Below are positions 35,962 to 45,893 of a stretch of 64,000 nt of DNA, in pieces. The notes under the pieces were generated by a model, which saw nothing but the letters and a program-made list of their open reading frames with translations, did no database searches and was not told where the DNA came from. Origin of the DNA: Patescibacteria group bacterium (GTDB taxonomy: Bacteria > Patescibacteriota > Microgenomatia > 0-14-0-10-38-17); NCBI GenBank assembly GCA_050953885.1, contig JBMNNJ010000001.1:74132-138131 (forward strand), in the 5' to 3' direction. Made by a program: the position numbers and the translations under genes. The first letter of the stretch is position 1; each line of letters starts with the position of its first letter.

Positions 35962-37524
35962 ATGGCTAAATATAAAGAAAAATTTCTTCGTTGGGCTCCA
36001 TTTGTCTTACTGGTTTTTCTCTCGGCTTTCCTGCGTTTTTATAAGCTTGAGGATTTAACTACTTTTCTTGATGATCAGGGACGAGATGTTTTAAAAGCGG
36101 CCCAAATTATAAAAGAAAAAGATCTACCGTTTATTGGCCCTTTGGCCTCAATGGGGAATGTTTATTTAGGGCCTCTTTATTACTGGGCGATTACTCCCGT
36201 TCTTTGGCTTTTTGGCTTTAATCCGGTTGGGCCGGTGGTTTTGGTGGCTCTTTTGGGAGTGCTAACCAATATTTTGCTTTTTTTCTTTCTTTGGCGTTAT
36301 TTTGACAAAAAAAGCGCTTTTTTGGCTAGTTTTCTTTACGCTCTTTCGCCTTTAATTTTGCAAAACAGCCGTTTTTCCTGGAACCCCAATCCGGTGCCTC
36401 TTTTTACCCTGCTTTGGTTTCTCTTGATGTTAAAATTTTTTGATGAGGAGAAAGGGCGATGGGCCCTTGGGGCGGGGATTTGCTTGGGGATTCTTCTTCA
36501 GCTTCATTATGTTACCGGCTTGCTTTTATTATTCACCGGGGCGGCTTTATTATTTTGGCTGATTAAGAAAAGCCGCCAAGAAAGTTTTTCCCCAAAACTC
36601 TTGAAACCTTTAGGCTGGTTAATCTTAGGAGTTATTATTCCCCTCATTCCCTTTATTCTTTTTGAATTTAAAAATTATTTTCTTAACACCCGGGCGGCGT
36701 GGCAATTCCTTTTTGACGGTCATAAAGAAGAGCTTTTGGCAGAAAGTTTGTTAAGCCGCGTTTTTGCTTTACTTAATCGTTTTTTTCAGGAACTTTTGGG
36801 TCTTTCCCGCCCTTCCCCTCTGCCGCTGGCTTACTTTATTTTAACCGTTCTTTCTCTTTTCTTTGTGGGAGGGAAAAAATTGGGAAAAGAAAAAAAGAAA
36901 ATAATTTTTTCTTCTGCCGCGATTTTAGTTTTAACGCCGTTTTTGCTTTGTGGGGCGGTTGGGGGCGAAATTCATCTTCATTATATTGGCCTTCTTTATC
37001 CTTTTGTTTTTATTATTGTGGCGGCGGGAGATTATTTATGGCGTCGGGCGCGGTTTTGGCCGTTGGTAATTTTAAATAGCGCTCTTTTGCTTTTGGCCTG
37101 TTACCAAATGGGGAGTTGGGATTATCGGCAAATTATTACCGCTGACAGTAATCATCAGATAGAAAAAGCGAAGCTGACCGCCGAGTACATTAGCCAGGAA
37201 GCGGAGGATAAAAATATTTTCGTCGCTTCCCTCACCGGTTCTCCTTTTGCCTACCCGGCTCGCTATTTTCTTTATCTTCAGGATTTTACCGTCGATTCTT
37301 TACAGCCCTCATCTGTTTTTGCTGTTTGCTATGATCAACCTTGCCAACCGGAGAAAAGCATTCTTTGGGAATTAGCCCAATTTGGGATTTTAAAAACGGT
37401 AAGCGAGAAAGCGCTTCCTTATGGGGTGTGGGTGTATGAATTAAAAACTCAAATGTCAAGCTTAGAACTCAAATCTCAAAACGCAAATGTCAAATCTACA
37501 TGGCAAATGTTAAAACTTTTTTAA
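35962..37524 (+). CDS. GT-C (ArnT/PMT-like) membrane glycosyltransferase
   Basis: LRFY..F..DQGRD..GP..GPLYY, SRFSWNP, QLH. The last ~27 aa are translated from a heptamer repeat. Confidence 0.85.
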   Translation: MAKYKEKFLRWAPFVLLVFLSAFLRFYKLEDLTTFLDDQGRDVLKAAQIIKEKDLPFIGPLASMGNVYLGPLYYWAITPVLWLFGFNPVGPVVLVALLGVLTNILLFFFLWRYFDKKSAFLASFLYALSPLILQNSRFSWNPNPVPLFTLLWFLLMLKFFDEEKGRWALGAGICLGILLQLHYVTGLLLLFTGAALLFWLIKKSRQESFSPKLLKPLGWLILGVIIPLIPFILFEFKNYFLNTRAAWQFLFDGHKEELLAESLLSRVFALLNRFFQELLGLSRPSPLPLAYFILTVLSLFFVGGKKLGKEKKKIIFSSAAILVLTPFLLCGAVGGEIHLHYIGLLYPFVFIIVAAGDYLWRRARFWPLVILNSALLLLACYQMGSWDYRQIITADSNHQIEKAKLTAEYISQEAEDKNIFVASLTGSPFAYPARYFLYLQDFTVDSLQPSSVFAVCYDQPCQPEKSILWELAQFGILKTVSEKALPYGVWVYELKTQMSSLELKSQNANVKSTWQMLKLF

Positions 37525-37735
37525 AGCTTAAAGTTGTTTTTTTAGATTTAAGTTTTGAATTGTTGTTTTGATCTGCCAGCTGGCGGATTGAGTTGTAGTT
37601 TTAAGTTTTGCGATTTAACATTTGAGTTTATTTTTTGTTTTTGAACTTTAATTTAGGTTCTAATCTTTTCCGCCAGCTGGCGGGTTGATATTTGATTTTT
37701 GTATTTTTTTAATACTGATTTTCATCAGGACAACA
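37440..37735. repeat. heptamer-periodic elements with two TCCGCCAGCTGGCGGA-type insertions (37572, 37669)
   Basis: CTCAAAT/CGCAAAT units and their complements. Homologous to 30757-30846. Confidence 0.85.
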
Positions 37736-37863
37736 GTTGCGTTTTGTCCGTAGTCCAACCCGAGGCGCCACAGTTACCGGCGAGGCAGGAATCCCGTTGT
37801 GCTAAGACATTGAAACAATAAAGCAATCTAATAAGGTAATTTTATGTTATTATCATTTTTAAG

Positions 37864-38631
37864 ATGAATAAGAAAGAGGCGGCGATTTTTCTTTCGGTGG
37901 TGATTCCTTGCTATAACGAGGAGGCAAATTTAAAAAGAGGGGTTTTGGGGGAAGTTAACGACTATCTTCAAAAACAAAAATATTCTTGGGAGGTAATCAT
38001 CTCCGATGATGGCTCAACTGATAAAAGCAAGGATTTAGCCGAAAAATTTGCGAAAAGTAATCAGGGCTTTAGGCTTTTGAAAAATCAGCATGGCGGCAAG
38101 CCCTACGCTGTTTGGCAGGGAATTAAGAAGGCGCGGGGACAAATTGTTTTGTTTACCGACATGGATCAGTCCACCCCCATTAGGGAAATAGAAAAGCTTT
38201 TGCCTTATTTTAAGAAAAACTACGACGTAGTGATCGGTTCAAGAGGCTGGAAACGAACCGGCGCCCCTTTCTATCGGCAAATAGCGGCTTTTATTTTCTT
38301 GCAAGTGCGCCGTCTCCTGCTTTTACCGGAAATTATCGACACCCAATGCGGTTTTAAGGCTTTTAAAACTAAAGTGGCTCAAGAGCTTTTTTCCAAACTT
38401 TCGGTTTTGAAAAATTGGCAGGAAGCTTCCGGCTGGCGGGTAACCGCTTTTGATGTAGAGCTTTTGTTTTTGGCCAAGAAAAAGGGCTACCGGATTAAAG
38501 AAGTGCCGGTTTTGTGGCGCGATGAGGATGTGGCTTTGGGAAAAAATAAAAGTTTTGTCAAAGAATCGCGACAAATGCTGGAGCAGATTATAAACGTGCG
38601 TCGTCAGGAACGGCGGGGGGAATACGAATAG
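37864..38631 (+). CDS. polyprenol-phosphate beta-glucosyltransferase-like GT2 (ALG5-like)
   Basis: VIPCYNE, DDGSTD, GK..AV..G, FTDMDQSTP, DTQCGFK, FDVELL. Confidence 0.9.
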   Translation: MNKKEAAIFLSVVIPCYNEEANLKRGVLGEVNDYLQKQKYSWEVIISDDGSTDKSKDLAEKFAKSNQGFRLLKNQHGGKPYAVWQGIKKARGQIVLFTDMDQSTPIREIEKLLPYFKKNYDVVIGSRGWKRTGAPFYRQIAAFIFLQVRRLLLLPEIIDTQCGFKAFKTKVAQELFSKLSVLKNWQEASGWRVTAFDVELLFLAKKKGYRIKEVPVLWRDEDVALGKNKSFVKESRQMLEQIINVRRQERRGEYE

Positions 38632-38668
38632 GTTTCCTTTTGTCGCAATAGGTTATAATAGGGAAAGA

Positions 38669-40180
38669 ATGAAAAAAAACTCCCCGTTTCTGGTTTTAAA
38701 AAAGGCCTTTAAGCCTTACCAAAAACTAATTTTTCTGGTTCTTCTTTTGCTTTTTCTTCTCACCCGTTTTTCAAACCTTAAGGCATTGCCAATCTTTTGC
38801 GATGAGGCAATTTATATTCGCTGGGCGCAAATTGCCGATGAAAATCATGATCATCTTTTTATTTCCCTCACTGACGGCAAACCCCCCTTACATATTTGGG
38901 CAATGATTCCTTTCTTAAGAATTTTTAGCGATCCGTTGGTGGCGGGACGGATTACCTCCGGTTTAGCCGGCCTGTTGCTTTTCTTGATTTTTTCTCTAAC
39001 CGCTTTTTTCTTTTTTAAAAAACCCATTTTCCCTCTTTTGGCGGGATTGTTAATTGTTTTTACTCCTTATTTGCTTTTTTTTGACCGGATGGCTTTGGCG
39101 GAATCAATTTTAACCTGTTTTGCCGCCGGCTCTTTTTTACTGGCTTTTCTTTTAGGCCGCTACCCACGCTTCTTTTTGGCCGTTCTTTCCGGTGGTTGGT
39201 TAGGGCTGGCGCTTTTGGTTAAATCCCAAGCCTTTTTTTTCCTGCTACTCTTTCCTTTAGGAATAATTTTTACTTTAAAAGAAAAAGACAGAAAGAAACT
39301 TAAGAAATTTTTACTGCTTCTTTTGCCGGTTTTTGTCCTTTCTTTAGGAATTTACAATCTTCAGCGTGTTTCTCCTTATATGAGCTTAATTGCCCAAAAA
39401 AGCCAAACTTTTACCGTTCCCTTAAAAGAAGCCTTAGCCGACTTTAACCGTTTGTTTTCTAATTTAAAAACAGCTTTAAGCTGGTTTTGGCAGTATTTAA
39501 CGCCGCCGTTGTTTTTAACCTCTCTCCTGGGTTTAGGCTGGCTTTTGAAGAAAAATTGGCGTCAAGGGGTTTTTCTGACCGCCTGGATTTTAGCACCTCT
39601 TTTGGGAGCCTCCTTAATTGCCCAAGTTTTTACCTCTCGGTATTTGGCTTTTTTGAGTCCATTTTTTCTTTTGGGGACGGTTTATTTTTTTGGCCAGCTC
39701 TGGCAAAAAATTCCCCAAAAGCATTTTATCCTTTTAATAATTCTTATTTTGGCCTTGCCCGTTTGGCGTTCTTACCAGCTTATTTTTACTCCCCAGAATT
39801 TTCCTTTCTTGAAAAGTGATCGAGGGTATCTTGAGGACTGGACTGCTGGCTTTGGGATTGAGGAAACGGTGGAGCAAATTAAAGAAGCGCGTCAGGAGGG
39901 ATTACCGGTATTAGTCGGTACCGAAGGCTTTTTTGGCCTTCTTTCCCAGGGATTAGAAATTTATTTTGCCGACGATCCCAAAGTAGAAATTGTTGGTTTT
40001 TATCCTCTTCCTGAAAAATTGCCTCCTGCCGATTGGTTAGAAAAGACAAAAGAAAAAAAAGTTTTTTTTGTGGTTAATAACACTCCGGGGGATTTTAGCA
40101 ATGACCACTTTATTTTAAGAAGCGAATATTCTAAAATTAACAATACTGGTTCCCTGCGACTATATGAAGTGGTGGAATAA
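38669..40180 (+). CDS. GT-C membrane glycosyltransferase
   Basis: PIFCDEAIY..W, DGKPPL..W, DRMALAE and many TMs. Confidence 0.85.
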   Translation: MKKNSPFLVLKKAFKPYQKLIFLVLLLLFLLTRFSNLKALPIFCDEAIYIRWAQIADENHDHLFISLTDGKPPLHIWAMIPFLRIFSDPLVAGRITSGLAGLLLFLIFSLTAFFFFKKPIFPLLAGLLIVFTPYLLFFDRMALAESILTCFAAGSFLLAFLLGRYPRFFLAVLSGGWLGLALLVKSQAFFFLLLFPLGIIFTLKEKDRKKLKKFLLLLLPVFVLSLGIYNLQRVSPYMSLIAQKSQTFTVPLKEALADFNRLFSNLKTALSWFWQYLTPPLFLTSLLGLGWLLKKNWRQGVFLTAWILAPLLGASLIAQVFTSRYLAFLSPFFLLGTVYFFGQLWQKIPQKHFILLIILILALPVWRSYQLIFTPQNFPFLKSDRGYLEDWTAGFGIEETVEQIKEARQEGLPVLVGTEGFFGLLSQGLEIYFADDPKVEIVGFYPLPEKLPPADWLEKTKEKKVFFVVNNTPGDFSNDHFILRSEYSKINNTGSLRLYEVVE

Positions 40181-41849
40181 AATTTTAAAACACCAGAATC
40201 TTATTTTGGCCCTCTTATTTTTGGCGGCCAATATTCTTCTTTTGCTGCCTGTTTTGGGCAAGAACCAATTTTTTCCTTCTCATGATGACACCTGGATTAT
40301 CCGCCTCCAGCAGTTTGACCGAGCGATTAAATTGGGGCAGATCCCGCCGCGATTGGCTCCTGATATGGCCTTTGGGTTTGGCTATCCGATTTTTGTTTAT
40401 TACGCACCTCTTTTTACTTTCCTTTCCTGGATTTTTTTGAAAATTGTTGGTTCTTATTCTTTGGCGGTGGTTTTAACAATTATTTTCGTTAATTTCTTGG
40501 GGACTTGGGGGATGTTTCTTTTAGCCAAAAAATTTTTTGGCACAAAGGGAGGGGTTATTGCCGCTTTGGCCTTTATCTTTCTTCCTTATCGGGCTTTGGA
40601 TATTTATGTGCGGGGAGCCTTGGCCGAACTGGCCGCTCTTTCTTTCTTGCCGTTTTTTTTCTATTTTTTCTTCGGCCTTTTTGAGGGAAAAGAAAGAAAG
40701 AAAAATGCTTTAGGGCTTATTTTAGCCACCGTTGGCCTTCTTCTTTCTCATAACCTAATGATAATTATTTTCGCCTATCTTTTTTTGCCGTTTTTAATTT
40801 TGGCCTTTTGGCAGTTATTCCACCATCGTCTTCCCTGGCGCTGGCCAATTTTGGTTGTCTTTCTTGTTCTATTTTTAAGCGCCTTTTATTGGTTACCCAT
40901 GATAACCGGTCTGGATAATGTTCAGGCCGTTAGTCAGGCGCAAAAAACTTTTTTTGCCGACCATTTTGTTTATCTTCGTCAGCTTTGGGATTGGCCTTGG
41001 GGCTTCGGCGGTTCTGATGCTGGCTTAAGCGATGGGATGTCTTTTAAAATTGGTAAGGCTCATTTACTTTTGGCCTTGGGGGGATTGGTGGCTTTATTTT
41101 TGGCTAAAAAATGGCAAAAAGAATTTGCCTGCTTGCTTATCTTGGGTCTTTTCTCTTTGTTTTTTAGTCTTTCTTATTCATCCTTTTTTTGGGAAAACCT
41201 GCCTTATCTGGCGGTAGTTCAATTTCCGTGGCGTTTCTTAGGGCCCCTAAGTTTGGCAGTCTCTTTTTTTAGTGGAGCGATTGTTTTTTTTCCACAGCTA
41301 AGATTTTTTTCAAGCTGGCCAAGAACGGTTAAGACCGCCGGGATGGCGGCGATTGTTTTGGCAAGCGCCTTAGGATTGGTTTATTTTAACTTAAAATACT
41401 TTACCCCCCGTTTTAAGATTTACCAAGCCGACGAAGCTTATTTAACAGCGGAGAAAATTAGTCAGGCGGCAAAGGTGATTCCGGAATATTTACCTTTCTG
41501 GGCCAGCGTTTGGCCGGAGGAAAAACCGGCACAGGCGGTTGAGACAGAAGAGGGGAAGACGGAAATTTCTCTTGATTCTCCTTATAAAATCACTTTTCGG
41601 GTTGAGGGAAAAAAAGAAGAGGAGATTATTGTCAATCGTTTTTATTTCCCCGGTTGGCAAGCCAAAAGTGCTTCGGAGGAGAAAATAATTCTTGAACCAG
41701 AAAAAGAGAAGGGAAGAATTGTTTTAACTTCCAAAGTTGGCGAAAACGAAGAAATTACTCTTTTTTTTGCCCCCACTTTGGTGGAAAAAATAGGGATTGC
41801 TTTTTCGATTTTGGGATTAATACTTTTATTAGTGGTGGTTTTTTATTAA
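40164..41849 (+). CDS. GT-C-fold membrane protein (PTPS-related family), paralog 1
   Basis: SHD..R, PPR.A..GFGYPIF..Y.PL, YVRGALAE, SHN, VQFPWRFLG, YFPGW. Confidence 0.8.
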   Translation: MKWWNKILKHQNLILALLFLAANILLLLPVLGKNQFFPSHDDTWIIRLQQFDRAIKLGQIPPRLAPDMAFGFGYPIFVYYAPLFTFLSWIFLKIVGSYSLAVVLTIIFVNFLGTWGMFLLAKKFFGTKGGVIAALAFIFLPYRALDIYVRGALAELAALSFLPFFFYFFFGLFEGKERKKNALGLILATVGLLLSHNLMIIIFAYLFLPFLILAFWQLFHHRLPWRWPILVVFLVLFLSAFYWLPMITGLDNVQAVSQAQKTFFADHFVYLRQLWDWPWGFGGSDAGLSDGMSFKIGKAHLLLALGGLVALFLAKKWQKEFACLLILGLFSLFFSLSYSSFFWENLPYLAVVQFPWRFLGPLSLAVSFFSGAIVFFPQLRFFSSWPRTVKTAGMAAIVLASALGLVYFNLKYFTPRFKIYQADEAYLTAEKISQAAKVIPEYLPFWASVWPEEKPAQAVETEEGKTEISLDSPYKITFRVEGKKEEEIIVNRFYFPGWQAKSASEEKIILEPEKEKGRIVLTSKVGENEEITLFFAPTLVEKIGIAFSILGLILLLVVVFY

Positions 41850-41865
41850 AAATTACATTGTTAGA

Positions 41866-42007
41866 AGACGCGAATTAACACGAATGTAAGGCGGCCCCAT
41901 GTGTGTTCGCCTGTCAAAGGGCTTGTGTTTTGCATGTTTAAAACCATTAATCGGGTCGACACATGGGTCGACCCCTACCAATTCCCGTCACAGGCGGGAT
42001 CCCTACC
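41866..42007. repeat. ACGCGAAT repeats plus a degenerate GTAG REP doublet
   Basis: GTAAGGCGGCCCCATGTGTGTTCGCC...GGGTCGACACATGGGTCGACCCCTAC, then TCCCGTCACAGGCGGGA. Confidence 0.75.
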
Positions 42008-42024
42008 TCGTTTAATTAACGTAA

Positions 42025-43482
42025 ATGAATAAAAATAGACGGCTTTTCTTTCTTGCTTTTTTGGGGGTGGCGGCTATTTTTCTGCTAATTTACCACGGTG
42101 CCTTAGATAACTATTTTTTTCAGGATGATTTTTATTTCTTGCGTCTTTCCCGCGCGGAAAGTTTTCTTGACTTTCTTAAATTTTTTAGCCCCTGGCACCA
42201 GCAGGGCTTTCCTGCTTATCGGCCCTTAGGCACTCAAGTTTATTTTTTCTTTGGCCAGCTTTTTCCCGCTTTTGCCTCGCCGTATATTATGCGCGGGATT
42301 TTATTTCTATTTCATTTTTTTAACTTTTTTCTTATTTTTAAAATTTTAAAAAAACTTCTTAAGAAAGATTGGTTGGCTTTAATTTTAGCCGCCCTTTATT
42401 TAAACGCGCCGCTTCATTTTTTAAGCCTTTATTATCTGGCTGCTTTCCAGCAGGTTTTGGCGGCCTTTTTCCAGCTTTTAGGCTTTTATCTTTATCTTAA
42501 AAACAAGAAAAAAGCAGTTTATTTTTGTTATTTAGGAGCGCTTTTGGCAAAAGAAACCGCCATTTTTTTTCCCGCTCTTTTGCTTATTTTTAAGACGCTT
42601 GTCTATTTTGACAAAAATAAGAGTTTTAAAAATATTAAAAGCGAGATTGGGGGGGAAAAACGCTATTGGCTTGGTTTCGTTTTTTTAGCTTTTGCCTACG
42701 CTTTGTTGCGATTATTGTCTTTTTCCCAGCCTCCGGGTGAGGAATACCGACTTTCTTTAACGCCAAAAACCTTCTTTTCTTCTCTGCGTTGGTATTTAAT
42801 TTGGCTCTTGGGAGCGCCGGAGACAATCATTAATTATGCTCAAGGAGGGATTAATTTTTCGGTAGCTAAATTTACTAATGATGCGGGGATTTCGGCCTAT
42901 TTTTTTGGCGGGCTCTTTTTAGCAGAGTTTATCGTTCTTTGTTTAATTTTAATAAATTTAGGCCGCAAAAAGAAAGGCCGCCGGCAGGTAGCTCTTTTTT
43001 TGCTTTTAGGGCTGGCGGCGATGATAATTTCTTTGGCTTCGGTAATTTTTATGCCCTATCACCGCTTTGCCCACTACCTTGATCTTGCTCTATTTTTATT
43101 TTTAGTTATTTTTGGGCTTCTTGTCAAGAGGGAAAAAGGACTAACGCTAACTTTAGCTTTTGTTTTTACTTTTTTGTTCTTAGCGAACGCTTTCTTTTGT
43201 GTTAGAATTGACGAGAAACTTCATTGGGCGCCGGCCCGCCCGAGAATAGCGGCAAAATACCAAGAATTTTTTAAGGATGAAGGGGTTTGCGATAAGAGGC
43301 AGGGAATTTATTTTATTGATGCCAAGTCTAATTCAGCAAAAGAAGTCGCCATCGCTCTCTCGTTTGCTGATGGCCCCCGCTATTTTTGTCAGAATTACGA
43401 TTTACCGGTTTTTTATCAGGGGTTAGTCGAACCAAACGAGAAAGAAAAGCAACAACTTTTAATAATTAGCAGCGGCAACTAA
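42025..43482 (+). CDS. putative GT-C membrane glycosyltransferase
   Basis: YFFQDDF, YRPLG, H..N, LLAKETA and many TMs. Confidence 0.75.
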   Translation: MNKNRRLFFLAFLGVAAIFLLIYHGALDNYFFQDDFYFLRLSRAESFLDFLKFFSPWHQQGFPAYRPLGTQVYFFFGQLFPAFASPYIMRGILFLFHFFNFFLIFKILKKLLKKDWLALILAALYLNAPLHFLSLYYLAAFQQVLAAFFQLLGFYLYLKNKKKAVYFCYLGALLAKETAIFFPALLLIFKTLVYFDKNKSFKNIKSEIGGEKRYWLGFVFLAFAYALLRLLSFSQPPGEEYRLSLTPKTFFSSLRWYLIWLLGAPETIINYAQGGINFSVAKFTNDAGISAYFFGGLFLAEFIVLCLILINLGRKKKGRRQVALFLLLGLAAMIISLASVIFMPYHRFAHYLDLALFLFLVIFGLLVKREKGLTLTLAFVFTFLFLANAFFCVRIDEKLHWAPARPRIAAKYQEFFKDEGVCDKRQGIYFIDAKSNSAKEVAIALSFADGPRYFCQNYDLPVFYQGLVEPNEKEKQQLLIISSGN

Positions 43483-43495
43483 TAAGACAATTTCT

Positions 43496-44995
43496 ATGGT
43501 TAAAAAAGAAAACGCTGATCAGGTTAAAGGGAGAGCGGTGAGGGGAACGCTTACCCTCACGGCGCGGCGGATTATTCTTAAGGGGATTGACCTTTTGGGG
43601 ATGATTTTTTTGGCCCGGCTTTTAACGCAGGAAGAGTTTGGTATTTTCGGGATTATTAACTTTATTGTTTTTACTCTTTTTGGCTTTTTGTCGGATATTG
43701 GCTTGGGCGCTTCTTTGATTCAAAAAAAGGAAAAGATTAAAAAAGACGATTTGGCAACCGTTTTCACCACTCAGTTGGTTTTAGTTTTAGTTTTAAATCT
43801 TTTGGTTTGGTTGCTTTCTCCTTATTTAGTAAAGGTTTATAATCTTTCCCCGGCCCATATTTGGCTTTTGCGAACGACGGCTTTCTGCCTAATTTTAACT
43901 TCTTTCAAAACAATTCCCTCGGTTTTACTGGAAAGGGAGCTTTTGTATGAGAAACTTTTAATTCCCGAAATAGCGGAAACTATTTCTTATAATATTTTGG
44001 CGGTTTTTTTGGCCTTTCGCGGCTTTGGGGTTTGGAGTTTAACCATTTCTCTTTTGGTGCGGACTTTTTTAGGGGCCCTTATTTTATTCTTTATTTCTCC
44101 TTGGCCAATTCGCCTAAAAATCAAGCGCGCTTCGCTTAAAAATCTTCTTTCTTTTGGGGTGCCTTATCAGCTTAATTCCTTTCTGTCGCTTTTAAAGGAT
44201 AATCTTACCCCCACCGTGATTGCCTTCTTTTATGGGCCGGCGGCGGTGGGATATGTTAATTTGGCGCAAAGTATTGCTTTTAAGCCGATGGAAATTACCA
44301 ACATTGTTAATCGCTTGGTTTTTCCCATTTTTTCCAAAATTCAAGATGATCGTGATCGGGTGGGCAGATGGTTGGAAAAAGGAGTACGGCTAATGGCCTA
44401 TTTATATTTCCCTCTTGTTTTGGGGCTTTTGGTTACCGCTCGACCAATTTTGACCTATATTTATGCCGACCGTTCCGATAAATGGCTGCCGGCATTATCT
44501 GCCCTTTATCCTTTTCTTTTAGGATCGTTGCCGGTGGTTTTTACCACCACCGCCACTAATGTAATTTACGCCTTAGGCCAAGCCAAAACTGTTTTAAGAG
44601 TAATGGTAATTTATACTTTAATTACGTGGGGAGTGGGCATTCCTTTAATTTTAAAAATTGGTTTTTCGGGTATTGCCTGGGCGAATGTGGTGGTGGGAAT
44701 TGTTAGCGTTATTTTAATCAATCATGAACTTAAAAAGGCAAAAATAAATTTTTCTCTTACGAAGGCTGTTGCTATCCCTTTTTTTTCTTCTCTTCTGATG
44801 GCTCTTTTTCTTTTACCAGCCGTCGCTTGGGTTAAAGGCATTCCCAGTCTTATAGGGATTGTTTTTCTTGGGGCATTTCTTTATTTTCTTTTTCTTTTCC
44901 TTTTTCTTCGGGGTAAAATAAAGGAAGAAGTTGCTTTAGTAAAAAGCCTTTTACCAAAATATGAAAGAAGTAAAGCCACAAAAGAGGAAAGATAA
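43496..44995 (+). CDS. Wzx-type oligosaccharide flippase
   Basis: LARLL..EEFG, DIGLGASLIQ, GFGVWSL, G..AVGY..A, FP.FSK.QDD. Confidence 0.9.
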   Translation: MVKKENADQVKGRAVRGTLTLTARRIILKGIDLLGMIFLARLLTQEEFGIFGIINFIVFTLFGFLSDIGLGASLIQKKEKIKKDDLATVFTTQLVLVLVLNLLVWLLSPYLVKVYNLSPAHIWLLRTTAFCLILTSFKTIPSVLLERELLYEKLLIPEIAETISYNILAVFLAFRGFGVWSLTISLLVRTFLGALILFFISPWPIRLKIKRASLKNLLSFGVPYQLNSFLSLLKDNLTPTVIAFFYGPAAVGYVNLAQSIAFKPMEITNIVNRLVFPIFSKIQDDRDRVGRWLEKGVRLMAYLYFPLVLGLLVTARPILTYIYADRSDKWLPALSALYPFLLGSLPVVFTTTATNVIYALGQAKTVLRVMVIYTLITWGVGIPLILKIGFSGIAWANVVVGIVSVILINHELKKAKINFSLTKAVAIPFFSSLLMALFLLPAVAWVKGIPSLIGIVFLGAFLYFLFLFLFLRGKIKEEVALVKSLLPKYERSKATKEER

Positions 44996-45893
44996 AAAAA
45001 TTTCCGTAGTAATTATTTCTCGAAATGAGGAGCCAAGAATAAGGCAGTGTCTTTTGGGCGCCAAAAAAGTGGGCGATGAGGTTATTTTGGTGCTTGGCTC
45101 CCGTGAGAAAGGCAATGTTTTGGAAGAAGCCCGAAAAGTGGGGGCGAAAATTTTTTGCCGCCCTTTTGATAATTATTCAAATCAAAAAAACTTTGCTATT
45201 AGCAAGGCGCAAGGTGATTGGATTTTTTCCTTAGACGCCGATGAGGAAATAAGCTCCTCGTTGGCAAAAGAACTTAAAGAAGCCACGGCGGATCTTTCTT
45301 ACAACGGCTATCTTGTGCCGCGGCAAAATATTATTTTTGGGAAAAAAATTCGCGGCGGCGGCTGGTGGCCGGATGAACAACTACGTTTCTTTGCTAAGGG
45401 TTTTGGCCAATTCTCTGGTTTAATCCATGAAAGGGTAGATGTTCAAGGAGGGGTAGGGAAGCTAAAATCGCCCCTCATTCACTACAACTATGATTCTTTA
45501 GAGGGCTTTATTGACCGGCTTAATCGTTACACTAGCTTTGAAGCAGAAAAGCTGGTCAAAGAAGGCTATTCTTTTTCCCAAAAGGATTGTTTAACACGAC
45601 CGATAGAGGAATTTTTAGGCCGTTTTTTTGCCCAAAAAGGCTGGCTTGACGGTTTCCATGGTTTGGCGCTTGCCCTGCTTCAGGCTTTTTATACGCTGGT
45701 AATTTATCTTAAAGTTTGGCAAAAAGAAGGTTTTGCGTCCATGAAGCCACTTTCTGACAAAAAAATCCAAAAAATTAGTCGTGAGAAGAAAAAGGAATTT
45801 TGTTATTGGCGTGATACTTATTTAATTGAAAAAGAAGAAAACTCTTTTAAACGCTTTTTTTTAAGATTAAGAAGAAAAATTTTTTATGGCTAA
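44961..45893 (+). CDS. GT2 glycosyltransferase
   Basis: ISVVII..NEE, QKNFAI, LDADE, WWPD, IHE, NRYT. Confidence 0.9.
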   Translation: MKEVKPQKRKDKKISVVIISRNEEPRIRQCLLGAKKVGDEVILVLGSREKGNVLEEARKVGAKIFCRPFDNYSNQKNFAISKAQGDWIFSLDADEEISSSLAKELKEATADLSYNGYLVPRQNIIFGKKIRGGGWWPDEQLRFFAKGFGQFSGLIHERVDVQGGVGKLKSPLIHYNYDSLEGFIDRLNRYTSFEAEKLVKEGYSFSQKDCLTRPIEEFLGRFFAQKGWLDGFHGLALALLQAFYTLVIYLKVWQKEGFASMKPLSDKKIQKISREKKKEFCYWRDTYLIEKEENSFKRFFLRLRRKIFYG

